Assembly (NCBI GenBank): GCA_937918955.1
Contig: CAKZRZ010000014.1
Location: 20,080 to 84,079, forward strand
Source of the DNA: an uncultured Arenicella sp.
Lineage (GTDB): Bacteria; Pseudomonadota; Gammaproteobacteria; Arenicellales; Arenicellaceae
Reading direction: 5' to 3'
Length of the DNA stretch: 64,000 nucleotides
Positions within the stretch are counted from its first letter, which is position 1, and every line of letters starts with the position of its first letter. The notes beneath the pieces were generated by a model that was not told the DNA's origin, ran no database searches, and was given only the letters and a program-made list of their open reading frames with translations. Of the stretch, positions 1 through 9,778 are shown one piece after another. A program made the translations under genes and the position numbers.

Positions 1-1
1 T

Positions 2-124
2 GAGAAGGATATTAACAAATTCGCCAAACACTATACGGCACAAGCTGATGGCTCATACACACACACAGATTTTAAATTAGACTGGAAAAGCGAGCTCGGC
101 TTAGATCAATTACCTTGCGCTTAA
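2..124 (+). CDS. 3' end of a CDS truncated by the window edge (…EKDINKFAKHYTAQADGSYTHTDFKLDWKSELGLDQLPCA*), product unknown
   Basis: Open frame from position 2 to TAA at 122-124, protein-like composition. Confidence 0.55.
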   Translation, partial: EKDINKFAKHYTAQADGSYTHTDFKLDWKSELGLDQLPCA

Positions 125-253
125 ACAGTTATTTGAAAGGAAGTGATAACGACGGGATCAGATCCACTGAATATGCCAAATCCATTTGCTCCGCGAATCA
201 ATCGACCCGCGCGCATAGCCTGGCGCAGGCGAAAAGTAGGTTCTTTGAGGGTT

Positions 254-463
254 CTAGCGTTTTTTATAAGCGCTGTAGGCAAGAGTTAAATTCGGCGAGG
301 CTTTTTTGCGCTCAACTGGAAACTCTTCTTCAGGGTTGAGTTCGATAGACAACCATTCGTGACATTCCATGCCTGCAACGTAAGGCACTAAAGGCCCTTC
401 GATTTGCTCTGGATGATTGTAGATTAGGTCATCACTGACTGGTACAAAATACTGCTGGTTCAT
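254..463 (-). CDS. small hypothetical protein (69 aa), divergent from pdsR-like gene
   Basis: ATG start with purine-rich upstream sequence; occupies otherwise empty space; family not recognised. Confidence 0.55.
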   Translation of the reverse strand: MNQQYFVPVSDDLIYNHPEQIEGPLVPYVAGMECHEWLSIELNPEEEFPVERKKASPNLTLAYSAYKKR

Positions 464-874
464 AATACGTTACCCGTTCTCTTTTTGTTTGACACTCATT
501 TGTCTAAAAATTGGCCCGCTGATTTGTGACTCTCAAACACATTCAGCTGAAACAAGTCACTGTTTCAATTTCTCAACCTATTGCGCTTTTTTGGCAGATA
601 GTTTTCGAAAGCTTGTTAAAAAACTAATATTTCTTAGATGCTTACATTAAACCTCTTGCGTATGTCTAATTCAGGCTAAACTAATGGTTAAATTATGGTT
701 TTCGCTGGAAATTGTGTTTAGTCGTCGCAATTAGGGCAAAATATTCAGAAAGTTAACCTTAGAAAGACAAAAATACAGCTCAACATGTCTAATAGCGGAA
801 TGAGCAACCCTTTATTTCTAATCTAAAGACTTTGTCTAACAACATTTTTGGCTAACAACAAGAGACACGCAATA

Positions 875-1582
875 ATGGCAAGAAGAGTAGCTATCGTCGA
901 AGACGACTTTGATCAACGCGAGAACTATCGCGACGCTTTACAGAAGTCGGGTTACGAGGTTGATACGTATAAAAATCGCCCAGAGGCTCTAGAGGGTATG
1001 CGCGAAAGCATGCCTGATCTGGCAATTTTAGACATCATGCTCGAAAACGAAATGGACGGAGGCTTTGACCTTTGCCGCGATCTTCGCTCCTTGTCGCCTA
1101 CCCTACCAATCATTTTTCTCACCGCAAGAGACACCGATATCGACCGCGTATCGGGGCTGAGACTCGATGCCTGGGACTATCTAACTAAACCGCTGAACAT
1201 GCAGTTTTTAAGCGTTCGCATTAACTCCTTATTTCGAATAGTTGATAGCCTTGGACAATCTGCCGATGAGCAATCGAGCAGCGATACGCTTACCATAGAC
1301 GATCTAGAAATCAACGAAGACAGCATGGCAATCTGTTGGAAAGGTAAGGAACTAAGCTTAACGCTCACCGAGTTTTGGTTAATCGAGTCAATGGCTCGTC
1401 ACCCAGGACACGTCAAGACCTACGAAAACATGATGCAAATAACTCGGCAAAGCTATGTTGAGCGCAACACCATCAATGGATACATTCGAAGAATCCGAAA
1501 TAAATTCAAAGAGATAGATCCTGATTTTAAGAACATACAGACGGTTTTTGGTGTGGGTTACAAGTGGAATACTGGCGAGTAA
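875..1582 (+). CDS. pdsR: OmpR-family response regulator, PdsR-like (proteobacterial dedicated sortase system)
   Basis: RVAIVEDD..QRENY, DLAILDI..EMDGGFDLCRDLR, LPIIFLTARDTDIDRVSGLRL, winged-helix C-terminus; ATG at 875 preferred to TTG at 848. Confidence 0.8.
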   Translation: MARRVAIVEDDFDQRENYRDALQKSGYEVDTYKNRPEALEGMRESMPDLAILDIMLENEMDGGFDLCRDLRSLSPTLPIIFLTARDTDIDRVSGLRLDAWDYLTKPLNMQFLSVRINSLFRIVDSLGQSADEQSSSDTLTIDDLEINEDSMAICWKGKELSLTLTEFWLIESMARHPGHVKTYENMMQITRQSYVERNTINGYIRRIRNKFKEIDPDFKNIQTVFGVGYKWNTGE

Positions 1583-1619
1583 ACTCTCAGCATATGTCTA
1601 AGCGAAACTATTGATTAAA

Positions 1620-3827
1620 ATGCGAACTGGGTTTTCAATACGTACCAAATTACTGTTGGTCGCACTCTTGCTGCTGCTTATCCCTTGGATGTCTTACATC
1701 TATGTGCGCGATATGAAAACATTCTTGCTCAGTGGGCAGGAAAATGCGCTTAGCTTGATTTCTCGAGCAGTCGCCACGGTTCTCAATGATCGTCCGGAAT
1801 TATTTACTGAAGACACCACAATCGATGTCGACGACGCCGATGGCAATGATATTTATGCCACGCCCTTACCAGCCTATATCAACTTAAACGGCGAGTTTAG
1901 CGACTGGGGTGAACAGGTTAGCCAAGCAATTACCTACACAGCCGATATCTCAGGCCTTCAAAACGAAGAGCCCTCTGAGCGGGACGCTAAGCCATCTATT
2001 TCAGTCGATCATGTTCTCGGGTATCGCGGCAACTTCATCTATGCGATGTTCAGAGTGCTCGACGATTCGGTGGTTTTGCGGCAGAGGGGATTTTTACGAG
2101 TTGATGCAGCTGATCATATTCGCTTATCGCTACAAGCCCCTGACCGTCCAGAGCAACGCTACACCCTGATCGCTAGAGAGACTGGGCGTATGAGCATTTA
2201 TTTGATGGATCAGCAATGGCAATACCCGATTACCGGAAAGCCTAACTATGACCTAGCGGCTGAACTTGCTGAAACTGATGAGGGTTACAATGTTGAGCTA
2301 CGTATCCCACGATTTATGCTGTCATCAGAAACTCGCGTAAAACTGAGTGTTATCGATGTTGACGATCGAGATTCATTGCTCATTGAGTCAATTGTAACGA
2401 CCACACCTCAGAGCGACACCGACGAATTTTCACGCTTATTGGTTAAATCACCTGAAATCGCAAAGATTCTCAAAGCCTTAGATCGATCCGATGCTCGTAT
2501 TTGGGTTTTTAATTCCGATAAACGCCCGGCCGCGGTGGTAGGAAATATTATCCCTGATAGCGAAGTGACTACCACCAAACCGGCCGATGATGATATTTGG
2601 GCTACTTTGAGCTACTACTACAACTCAGTACTTCAAACAGTCTTCTCATACATAATTGAGCAGCCCACGGCTGACCAGGAGACGCTCAATAGCAGCGTTC
2701 AACAGCGTAACGACGCGATTATTGAGCGCGCTCTTGCAGGTGAAATAAGCACCGATCGACGGCCATCGTTTGACCAACAAGGGGCGATTTTAATGTCAGC
2801 CCACCCTATCTATCTCGGAGATGAAATTCCCGGAGTTGTCGTTGTAGAACAAAGCACAAACCAAGTTCTTGGCCAACAAAAAGAGATTTTGGAAAACGTA
2901 ATTAGCGTCACGTTGTTGGTGTTGGTCACGGTTGCGACTGCCCTACTTTTGTTTGCTTCAAGACTAACTCTGCGCATACGCCGACTTAGAAACGCCACAG
3001 AGACGGCGATTGATCGTGACGGAAGAATCATTAATCAACGCTTAGTCGCCGAAGCGAAGTCGGGCGATGAAATTGGCGACTTATCACGCTCGGTCAGCAA
3101 TATGCTTGAGCGCTTATCACAATACACGAGCTATTTACGCGGTTTGCCCGACACCCTAGCGCACGAAGTGAGCAACCCCTTAAACGTGGTGAATTCGTCT
3201 CTGCACAATCTGTCAGAAGAACTCCCCGAATCGGCTAACAGCAAGTATATGGATCGCGCTAAAAACGGAATTAACCGAATTGGCAGCATCTTACGCAACC
3301 TGACCGAGGCGGCAAATCTAGAACAAGCGATGCAATCTGAGACACGTGAAGTTGTTGATTTGATTGAACTAATTGAAAGCTATGTCGATGGATACAGCTT
3401 TTCAAACCCTGAGCAGAGCTTCAAGATACAAGTTAATACTCGCCCCTTATATGTAGAAATTGCACCCGACTATATTGCCCAAGCACTCGATAAGCTGGTC
3501 GACAACGCCATAGATTTTGCAGCGCAAAATACCCCAATTGTGTTTAAAGCACGCAAGCTTGATGACTTCGCTCAAATAGACATTATTAATCAAGGCTCAA
3601 GCCTTCCTGAAGGCATGGCCGAACGAATATTTGAACCACTTGTGTCACTGGGGAGAAAAGACGCGCAAAAGGTGAGCTTGGGCATGGGTTTATATATCGT
3701 GAAGCTAATTGCCAGTTTTCACGGAGGCGATGTGCTTGCACGCAATTTACTCAGCTCTGATGGCGTAATATTCTCTTTATCACTACCGCTGTACAACGCA
3801 AACGCTAATGAGACTAACATTCGCTAG
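1620..3827 (+). CDS. pdsS: sensor histidine kinase, PdsS-like
   Basis: SIRTKLLLVALLLLLIPW..Y..M..FL..GQE..L...RAVATVLNDRPELF N-terminus; large periplasmic region, HAMP, H-box LAHEVSNPL, HATPase. Confidence 0.78.
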   Translation: MRTGFSIRTKLLLVALLLLLIPWMSYIYVRDMKTFLLSGQENALSLISRAVATVLNDRPELFTEDTTIDVDDADGNDIYATPLPAYINLNGEFSDWGEQVSQAITYTADISGLQNEEPSERDAKPSISVDHVLGYRGNFIYAMFRVLDDSVVLRQRGFLRVDAADHIRLSLQAPDRPEQRYTLIARETGRMSIYLMDQQWQYPITGKPNYDLAAELAETDEGYNVELRIPRFMLSSETRVKLSVIDVDDRDSLLIESIVTTTPQSDTDEFSRLLVKSPEIAKILKALDRSDARIWVFNSDKRPAAVVGNIIPDSEVTTTKPADDDIWATLSYYYNSVLQTVFSYIIEQPTADQETLNSSVQQRNDAIIERALAGEISTDRRPSFDQQGAILMSAHPIYLGDEIPGVVVVEQSTNQVLGQQKEILENVISVTLLVLVTVATALLLFASRLTLRIRRLRNATETAIDRDGRIINQRLVAEAKSGDEIGDLSRSVSNMLERLSQYTSYLRGLPDTLAHEVSNPLNVVNSSLHNLSEELPESANSKYMDRAKNGINRIGSILRNLTEAANLEQAMQSETREVVDLIELIESYVDGYSFSNPEQSFKIQVNTRPLYVEIAPDYIAQALDKLVDNAIDFAAQNTPIVFKARKLDDFAQIDIINQGSSLPEGMAERIFEPLVSLGRKDAQKVSLGMGLYIVKLIASFHGGDVLARNLLSSDGVIFSLSLPLYNANANETNIR

Positions 3828-3890
3828 TTATTTGTAGTTATTATCGTACTCTCTTCGACAAAGTAAGCGAGACAAAAACAGGATTTAGAC

Positions 3891-4439
3891 ATGGGAAACA
3901 GACTCAGCAAACTCTATACACGAACCGGCGACGACGGCACATCAGGGCTAAGCGGTGGCGAACGAATAGCTAAAAACCACGAGAGAATGAACGCAATGGG
4001 AGCTGTTGATGAGCTCAATAGTGTTATTGGTTTAATGATTTGCAAGCTCGAAGACGCGGAGCTAAAGGTGTTGTTTACCGCGATTCAGCACGACCTGTTT
4101 AATATTGGCGGAGAAATCAGCATGCCTGGCCAAAGCTTTATTAAACAAGAAAAAATCGATCAATTAGAAAATAAAATTGACCTATTTAACGAATCGGTCG
4201 AGCCCCTAAAAGACTTTATTTTACCAGGTGGCAGCGAAGCGGCCTCGGTCTGCCACATGGCGAGATCAATCGCGCGCCGCGCCGAACGAGATGTTGTGAC
4301 ATTGCATCAAGCTGAACCTGTTTGCGAAACTACTCGCCAATATCTGAATCGTTTATCAGATTTGTTATTTGTAACGGCACGAATCATTAATCTACGACTA
4401 GGTCACGAAGACGTGCTGTGGAAAAAAGAGCTTGCCTAA
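3891..4439 (+). CDS. ATP:cob(I)alamin adenosyltransferase (PduO/MMAB type)
   Basis: KLYTRTGDDGTSGL, FILPGG, ARRAER, YLNRLSDLLF motifs. Confidence 0.93.
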   Translation: MGNRLSKLYTRTGDDGTSGLSGGERIAKNHERMNAMGAVDELNSVIGLMICKLEDAELKVLFTAIQHDLFNIGGEISMPGQSFIKQEKIDQLENKIDLFNESVEPLKDFILPGGSEAASVCHMARSIARRAERDVVTLHQAEPVCETTRQYLNRLSDLLFVTARIINLRLGHEDVLWKKELA

Positions 4440-4519
4440 GAAAGTTCTTGTAACAATTTTTCATCTGCGGCTTCTCAGAAGTCAACTTCGATAATCTCAG
4501 CAAAAACAAGAGCTATAAA

Positions 4520-5737
4520 ATGAGCCAAGAAACCTCGACAAATAAAGCCTTCCTTAGTTTTATCACTGGCCCAAACCTTATTCTAAAAATTGTAGTAGGG
4601 ATCACCCTAGGCGTCTTAGTAGGCGCGTTCATTCCCGACACAGCGATGAGCCTCTCGTTTCTAGGCGGTTTGTTTGTATCAGCCCTGAAAGCATTGGCGC
4701 CCATTCTGATTTTTGTATTGGTCATTGCGTCTTTAGCAACGCAGAACGCCGAGCGCCGATCTGGCATGCGGCCGATACTGGTACTCTATTTTATCGGCAC
4801 AATGGCGGCAGCAACAACCGCGGTGATGCTTAGCTTTTTATTCCCCGCTAACCTAGTCTTAGTCGCCGAGGCATCTAATTCGGCCCCTCAAGGTATTGGC
4901 GAAGTGCTAAATACTCTACTATTCAAAATAGTCGACAACCCAGTAAACGCCCTATTGAATGCAAACTATATTGGCATTCTGGCGTGGGCTATTGGCTTCG
5001 GTTTTTTGATGAAGCGTTCGGCCGACTCGAGCAAAGCGCTATTAAGTGATTTAAGCGATGCAATGTTGTCTCTGGTTCAGTTCGTGATTAAGCTAGCGCC
5101 AATTGGAATCTTTGGCCTTGTCGCTGGCACCATCGCTCAAACAGGCTTCAGCGAGTTACTCAATTACGCACACCTACTAGGTCTATTGGTTGGCACAATG
5201 CTGATCATTGCGCTCATTGTTAACCCGATAATTCTTTATGTGCTAACTCGGTCAAACCCCTACCCCTTAATCTTTACCTGCCTACGTGAAAGTGGAATAA
5301 CGGCGTTTTTTACACGAAGCTCGGCGGCCAATATTCCAGTAAACATGGCCTTATGCGAAAAGTTAGATCTAAACGAAGACACTTATTCGGTTTCGATTCC
5401 TCTAGGCGCAACGATCAATATGGCAGGCGCCGCGATCACGATCAGTGTGATGACCTTAGCGGCGGTGAACACGCTTGGTATCAGTATCGACTTAGGCACC
5501 GCCCTGCTGCTGTGTTTCATTGCTAGCGTATCAGCTTGCGGTTCCTCTGGCGTTGCGGGAGGCTCTCTTTTATTGATACCGCTGGCGTGCAGCTTGTTCA
5601 ACATTCCAAACGATGTTGCAATGCAGGTTGTCGGTGTTGGTTTTATTATTGGGGTGGTTCAGGATTCTGCCGAAACAGCACTAAATAGCTCCACCGATGT
5701 TGTATTTACAGCGGCTGCTTGTCGAGCTGTGAAGTAG
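4520..5737 (+). CDS. sstT: serine/threonine:Na+ symporter SstT
   Basis: [55 protein letters not shown]. Confidence 0.92.
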   Translation: MSQETSTNKAFLSFITGPNLILKIVVGITLGVLVGAFIPDTAMSLSFLGGLFVSALKALAPILIFVLVIASLATQNAERRSGMRPILVLYFIGTMAAATTAVMLSFLFPANLVLVAEASNSAPQGIGEVLNTLLFKIVDNPVNALLNANYIGILAWAIGFGFLMKRSADSSKALLSDLSDAMLSLVQFVIKLAPIGIFGLVAGTIAQTGFSELLNYAHLLGLLVGTMLIIALIVNPIILYVLTRSNPYPLIFTCLRESGITAFFTRSSAANIPVNMALCEKLDLNEDTYSVSIPLGATINMAGAAITISVMTLAAVNTLGISIDLGTALLLCFIASVSACGSSGVAGGSLLLIPLACSLFNIPNDVAMQVVGVGFIIGVVQDSAETALNSSTDVVFTAAACRAVK

Positions 5738-5749
5738 CGCGAGTTCGAT

Positions 5750-6256
5750 TTAATAGACAAAAGGTATTAACCTATATGAGTGGCTACACCACTCAGGAAA
5801 TTGCTCGGTAAAACGAGAGGCTAAATACTGATCTTCGACATCGGCTTGCTTACACAAAGCGGCAATAGAGATAAACAGCACCGGCACGCTAACTGGCGTG
5901 GTGTATAAGAGCGTTAAGCCACTGTAGATTAGAATATCGCCTAAATACATTGGATGTCTTATCTGACGGTAGAGCCCGGCCTTTGTTTCCAGCTTCTGAG
6001 GCATTTGAATATCGTTATTTTGCGCTTTGAGTTTTAAGTAGTGATAGATCGAACAAGCTCCTCCACCAATTACCAAAATCTGAGCCAGAAGGCGCGGTGA
6101 TTCAAACGTTGTATCTAAGCCGTAGAGCACGACAACAAAGGCATTAGTAATAAGCAGTGCTCCACACGTAACTTTTATCGACCACCAGGCAAGCGAATGC
6201 ATTTTTGATGCATTTTGCTGTTGCGAACTAGGTGTTGATAATGGGCGTCTTCTCAT
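5750..6256 (-). CDS. isoprenylcysteine carboxyl methyltransferase (ICMT/PEMT) family membrane protein
   Basis: GLYRQIRHPMYLG motif, several TM helices, C-terminal ED.YL…RLIPFVY; start could be 6202. Confidence 0.85.
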   Translation of the reverse strand: MRRRPLSTPSSQQQNASKMHSLAWWSIKVTCGALLITNAFVVVLYGLDTTFESPRLLAQILVIGGGACSIYHYLKLKAQNNDIQMPQKLETKAGLYRQIRHPMYLGDILIYSGLTLLYTTPVSVPVLFISIAALCKQADVEDQYLASRFTEQFPEWCSHSYRLIPFVY

Positions 6257-6836
6257 TACTAGAGTTTACCCCCAGCACGTGAGGAAACTTCACAATCATT
6301 GCAAAGGCGAGGATATCGTAAACTGCGTGGGCAATCATAACCAGAAGCAAACTATTGCTTAGGTAAAACGCTACTCCAAACAAAGACCCAAGTAAGAATG
6401 TAAGCAGCACATAAGTTTTGGTCATAAAGTGCAACAAGCCAAAGATTAATGACGCTGCAACAATACCGACAACAGGGCCGAATGAATCAACCAGAAAGCC
6501 CTGTAATACCGCTCTAATCAGCCATTCTTCACCAATGCCCGCAAGTAACGAAACTATAATGATTTGCGGCCAAGTGAAATTCTGAAATAGCTGATTTAGC
6601 GTAGCTAATAGCTCTGTCATTGAACGAGTTCTGGTCCAAGATGTGCACGAAGCGGCAAAACCAATTAAGTAGAACGTGACGCCGAGTAAAATACCGTAAG
6701 GAATAGCTGCCCACGCTAGTTCGCCGAGCCATTGCCAAGAGCTCTGAAAAATAGACAGCACAGCACCTAAAAACAAAATACCGCAGGCTGAAGGCAAAAC
6801 CTGTCGAAAACGAAGCGGCGTTAAAGTCAACCTCAT
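6228..6836 (-). CDS. CPBP family intramembrane glutamic endopeptidase (Rce1/Abi-like)
   Basis: Motifs GEEWLIR (EExxxR), FGLLH (FxxxH), HAVYD; ATG 6836 overlaps the pgeF stop (ATGA). Confidence 0.88.
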   Translation of the reverse strand: MRLTLTPLRFRQVLPSACGILFLGAVLSIFQSSWQWLGELAWAAIPYGILLGVTFYLIGFAASCTSWTRTRSMTELLATLNQLFQNFTWPQIIIVSLLAGIGEEWLIRAVLQGFLVDSFGPVVGIVAASLIFGLLHFMTKTYVLLTFLLGSLFGVAFYLSNSLLLVMIAHAVYDILAFAMIVKFPHVLGVNSSNEKTPIINT

Positions 6837-7717
6837 GTAGAACCACCTATCCATATTATGCTCGCCATTCGCCCGCATTGGCCATCGCGACGATAGGAAT
6901 AAAATTGACTCGGGTCGCTAAAAGTACATGCCGAAGAATGACTGTAATTTTTCACGCCTAGGGCGGCGAGCTTCGAACCGCAAATAGCATATAAATTAGC
7001 CAGAACCTTACCCTTGCTGATTTCTTGATAATGCGAGCTCTCACCACCTAATTGCTGCTTAACTTCCAAACCAATTTCGAATTTACTCGGCCCAATACAG
7101 GGACCAGCCCAAGCGATAATATCTTCAACTTGGCAATCAAATTGACTGACCGCATTTTCGATGATGCCATCGGCCATTCCGCGCCAACCAGCATGAACTG
7201 CCGCCACTCGCGTGCCATGAGCATCACAAAGTAACAGTGGTAAACAATCAGCCGTCATAACAGTGCAAACGACATCCTGCTCGCGAGTGAGAGAGCCATC
7301 AGCTTTGAACAGAGAGCCATCAGCTTTGAATAGAGAGCCATCGGCTTTGAATAGAGAGCCATCAGTTTTAAGTGGAGGGCCGTCAGCGTTATGCAGAGGA
7401 CCGTCGCCACTGAGAGCAGATTCCTCCTTTACCACACCGTCTATCGCGTCTCTAACCGCCATACTGCTAAGCTCCACAAGCTCAGTCGAGTGCGTTTGCT
7501 CGAGCCAAATCGGTGAACTAGGTATGTTGTATTTTTCAACTAATTCCTTCCGATTAGCTTTAACCAGCTCCGCCTTATCACCGACATGAGCACCCAAATT
7601 GCAATAGTCGTAGACAGTCGACCCAGCGCCAGTCAAACCAGAGCTTAAACTAAGCCGAGTGGTCGAGATGGCGTGTATATTCGGCGGCGCACTCCAATTT
7701 GGGCGAATAATATTCAA
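6833..7717 (-). CDS. pgeF: peptidoglycan editing factor PgeF (YfiH) with internal repeat expansion
   Basis: NLGAHVGD, WLEQTHS, VMTADCLPLL, AAVHAGWRG, FYSYRRDG..GRMAS; downstream of rluD. Confidence 0.93.
   Translation of the reverse strand: MNIIRPNWSAPPNIHAISTTRLSLSSGLTGAGSTVYDYCNLGAHVGDKAELVKANRKELVEKYNIPSSPIWLEQTHSTELVELSSMAVRDAIDGVVKEESALSGDGPLHNADGPPLKTDGSLFKADGSLFKADGSLFKADGSLTREQDVVCTVMTADCLPLLLCDAHGTRVAAVHAGWRGMADGIIENAVSQFDCQVEDIIAWAGPCIGPSKFEIGLEVKQQLGGESSHYQEISKGKVLANLYAICGSKLAALGVKNYSHSSACTFSDPSQFYSYRRDGQCGRMASIIWIGGST
7290..7415. repeat. 21-nt tandem repeat (~6 units, three near-identical) inside pgeF encoding DGSLFKA-like heptads
   Basis: agagagccatcagctttgaac/…t at 7290, 7311, 7332; more degenerate units at 7353, 7374, 7395. 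Confidence 0.92.
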
Positions 7718-7728
7718 AACGGCTCGCT

Positions 7729-8727
7729 TTAATGATTATCGTCTTCGCAGGCGTCAACTAAGTCTTGCATGTCCTTTGGTAACGGACGCTCCCACGACTG
7801 GTGTTCGCCAGTCATCGGGTGTACATACTCAATCCGAGTTGCATGCAAAGCTTGCCTGCGGAAACTGCGCAGCTCTTTCTCTAGTACTGGAGAGCAGTCG
7901 CTCGGGATTGCTAAACGACGACCGTATACAGGGTCACCAGCTAAGGAGAAACCGATATGAGTAAGATGTACTCGAATTTGGTGAGTACGCCCTGTCTCAA
8001 GCTGTACGCGAAGAAGCGTGTGATTACGAAATCGTTGATCCACTCGATAATGTGTAACAGCCTCTTTCCCCATCATGTTAACGGCCATTTTACGGCGATC
8101 GTGTTTATCTCGAGCAATAGGCTCGTCAACCGTATTTCCCGAAATAATGCGGCCATTTACGAGCGCAAGGTATTCTCTATGCAGACTGTGATCGACCAGT
8201 TGAGCAGTCAACCCCAGTCGAGCGTTTTCAGTCTTTGCAACGACCATCAAGCCCGATGTATCTTTATCTAAACGGTGAACGATACCCGCTCGAGCCAATG
8301 CTCGGCTTTCTGGGTAATGAAACAACAATGCGTTAAGTAAGGTGCCATCAGGATTCCCCGCGCCTGGATGAACTACCCAGCCAGCAGGCTTGTTAATAAC
8401 CAACATCTCTTCATCTTCATAGACAATATCGATGTCCATTTCTTGAGCTTGCCATTCGCCCTTGCGAATCTCCGGTACTGACACCTCTAAAAGTTCGCCA
8501 CCGAACACCTTGTCCTTTTGCTTTGGAATCTCATCATCGAGTGACACAAGCCCTTTTTTTATCCAACCTTGGATAGTACTGCGTGAAAAGTCCTTACAAA
8601 GTTCGGTTAAAGCTTTGTCGATACGCATACCAAATAAATCGTCAGGCACAATATAGCTGTGCAAACCAGGCGATAAGTGAGGTTCTGAGCCATTAGGCTC
8701 ACTATAGTCCGCCTCAGTATCAGGCAT
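7729..8727 (-). CDS. rluD: 23S rRNA pseudouridine synthase RluD
   Basis: S4 domain, INKPAGWVVHPGAGN, GIVHRLDKDTSGL, LETGRTHQIRVH, RQALHA; ATG 8727 preferred. Confidence 0.95.
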   Translation of the reverse strand: MPDTEADYSEPNGSEPHLSPGLHSYIVPDDLFGMRIDKALTELCKDFSRSTIQGWIKKGLVSLDDEIPKQKDKVFGGELLEVSVPEIRKGEWQAQEMDIDIVYEDEEMLVINKPAGWVVHPGAGNPDGTLLNALLFHYPESRALARAGIVHRLDKDTSGLMVVAKTENARLGLTAQLVDHSLHREYLALVNGRIISGNTVDEPIARDKHDRRKMAVNMMGKEAVTHYRVDQRFRNHTLLRVQLETGRTHQIRVHLTHIGFSLAGDPVYGRRLAIPSDCSPVLEKELRSFRRQALHATRIEYVHPMTGEHQSWERPLPKDMQDLVDACEDDNH

Positions 8728-8868
8728 AATTTTGATTCTCTTTAAACTGTTCGATTCTTGGCGCAAGCCCCAACAGGAAAGTGTCATACAGAACAGTAAT
8801 ACTCTTCTCTACCCATGAGTTTCGCGCTATGCTTAGCAACCTAAATAATAACCTATAACGACAACGAC

Positions 8869-9720
8869 ATGAGCCTTTTCCCAGTCATTGCGAAAACTTC
8901 AAACGCGACCCGCATTTGTAAACTTGCTGCCGTATTCGTACTCGCTGTATCTATTTCGGCCTGCGGCGGTAAAAAGAAACAAGGTGGCGTCGACCAAGAT
9001 CTAGCTCAACAGCAACTTGAAGAGCTGTACAGCAAAGGTAAATTAGCTCTAGATCGCGGTAACTATGGCTTCGCGATCGACTATTATCGAGCGCTTGAGG
9101 CGGCCTACCCTTATGGCGAACTGACCGAACAAGCCAAGCTAGATATGTTGTTTGCATTCGATAAGACCAATCAGATCGAAGAAGCGGTTGCAGCAGCAGA
9201 CAACTTTATTAAGTTGTACCCTACTCACAAAAACGTTGATTACGCTTACTACATGAAAGGAGTTGCCAGTTTTGAGAAAAAAGCTGGGCGGCTAGATAAA
9301 TTCATTAAAGGTGGTGGTAAAACTATTCGTGACCCTAAACCTTTACGTGACTCAGAGAGCGCATTTGAAGAGTTAATCAAACGATACCCAAATAGCATCT
9401 ACGCAAAGGATGCTCAGCAACGTATTGTTTATATTAGAAATGCATTAGCCGAGCGAGAGCTCCATGTAGCTCAATTTTATTTCGACAGTGAAACATATGT
9501 AGCCGCAGTTAACCGCTGTAAGACCATTGTATTCAAATACGAAACTTCTCCTGCTGTCGAAGGCGCACTTATTTTGATGGAAAAAGCCTATATCGAAATG
9601 GGCCTAAATGATTTAGCAGTAAGCACACGTAAAGTGTTACTAGAGAACTTTCCGAACAATGATCAGAAAGCCTATAAGAAAAAGAAGAAAGGCATTTTTG
9701 CTCGTTTGAATCCGTTTTAA
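8869..9720 (+). CDS. bamD: outer membrane protein assembly lipoprotein BamD (ComL)
   Basis: Lipobox ISAC, TPR motifs YPYG..EQAKLD, FIKLYPTHKNVDYAYYMKG; divergent from rluD as usual. Confidence 0.95.
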   Translation: MSLFPVIAKTSNATRICKLAAVFVLAVSISACGGKKKQGGVDQDLAQQQLEELYSKGKLALDRGNYGFAIDYYRALEAAYPYGELTEQAKLDMLFAFDKTNQIEEAVAAADNFIKLYPTHKNVDYAYYMKGVASFEKKAGRLDKFIKGGGKTIRDPKPLRDSESAFEELIKRYPNSIYAKDAQQRIVYIRNALAERELHVAQFYFDSETYVAAVNRCKTIVFKYETSPAVEGALILMEKAYIEMGLNDLAVSTRKVLLENFPNNDQKAYKKKKKGIFARLNPF

Positions 9721-9746
9721 ACGTTCAAACAATTTCTCGAATATAG

Positions 9747-9778
9747 AGGCCTTCGTGAGTTATTACGAAGGCCTTTTT
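9747..9778 (+). terminator. Rho-independent terminator after bamD
   Basis: aggccttcgt-gagttatt-acgaaggcct followed by T-run. Confidence 0.8.

Noticed and set aside
115-339. 74-aa + strand ORF
   Set aside because: TTG start, overlaps both the truncated CDS and the better-supported minus-strand ORF; no recognisable motif
7290-7415. Possible CRISPR array
   Set aside because: Units are contiguous with no spacers, lie in-frame inside pgeF, and no cas genes are present
7263-7589. + strand ORF with REPSALN repeats
   Set aside because: Antisense shadow of the pgeF repeat
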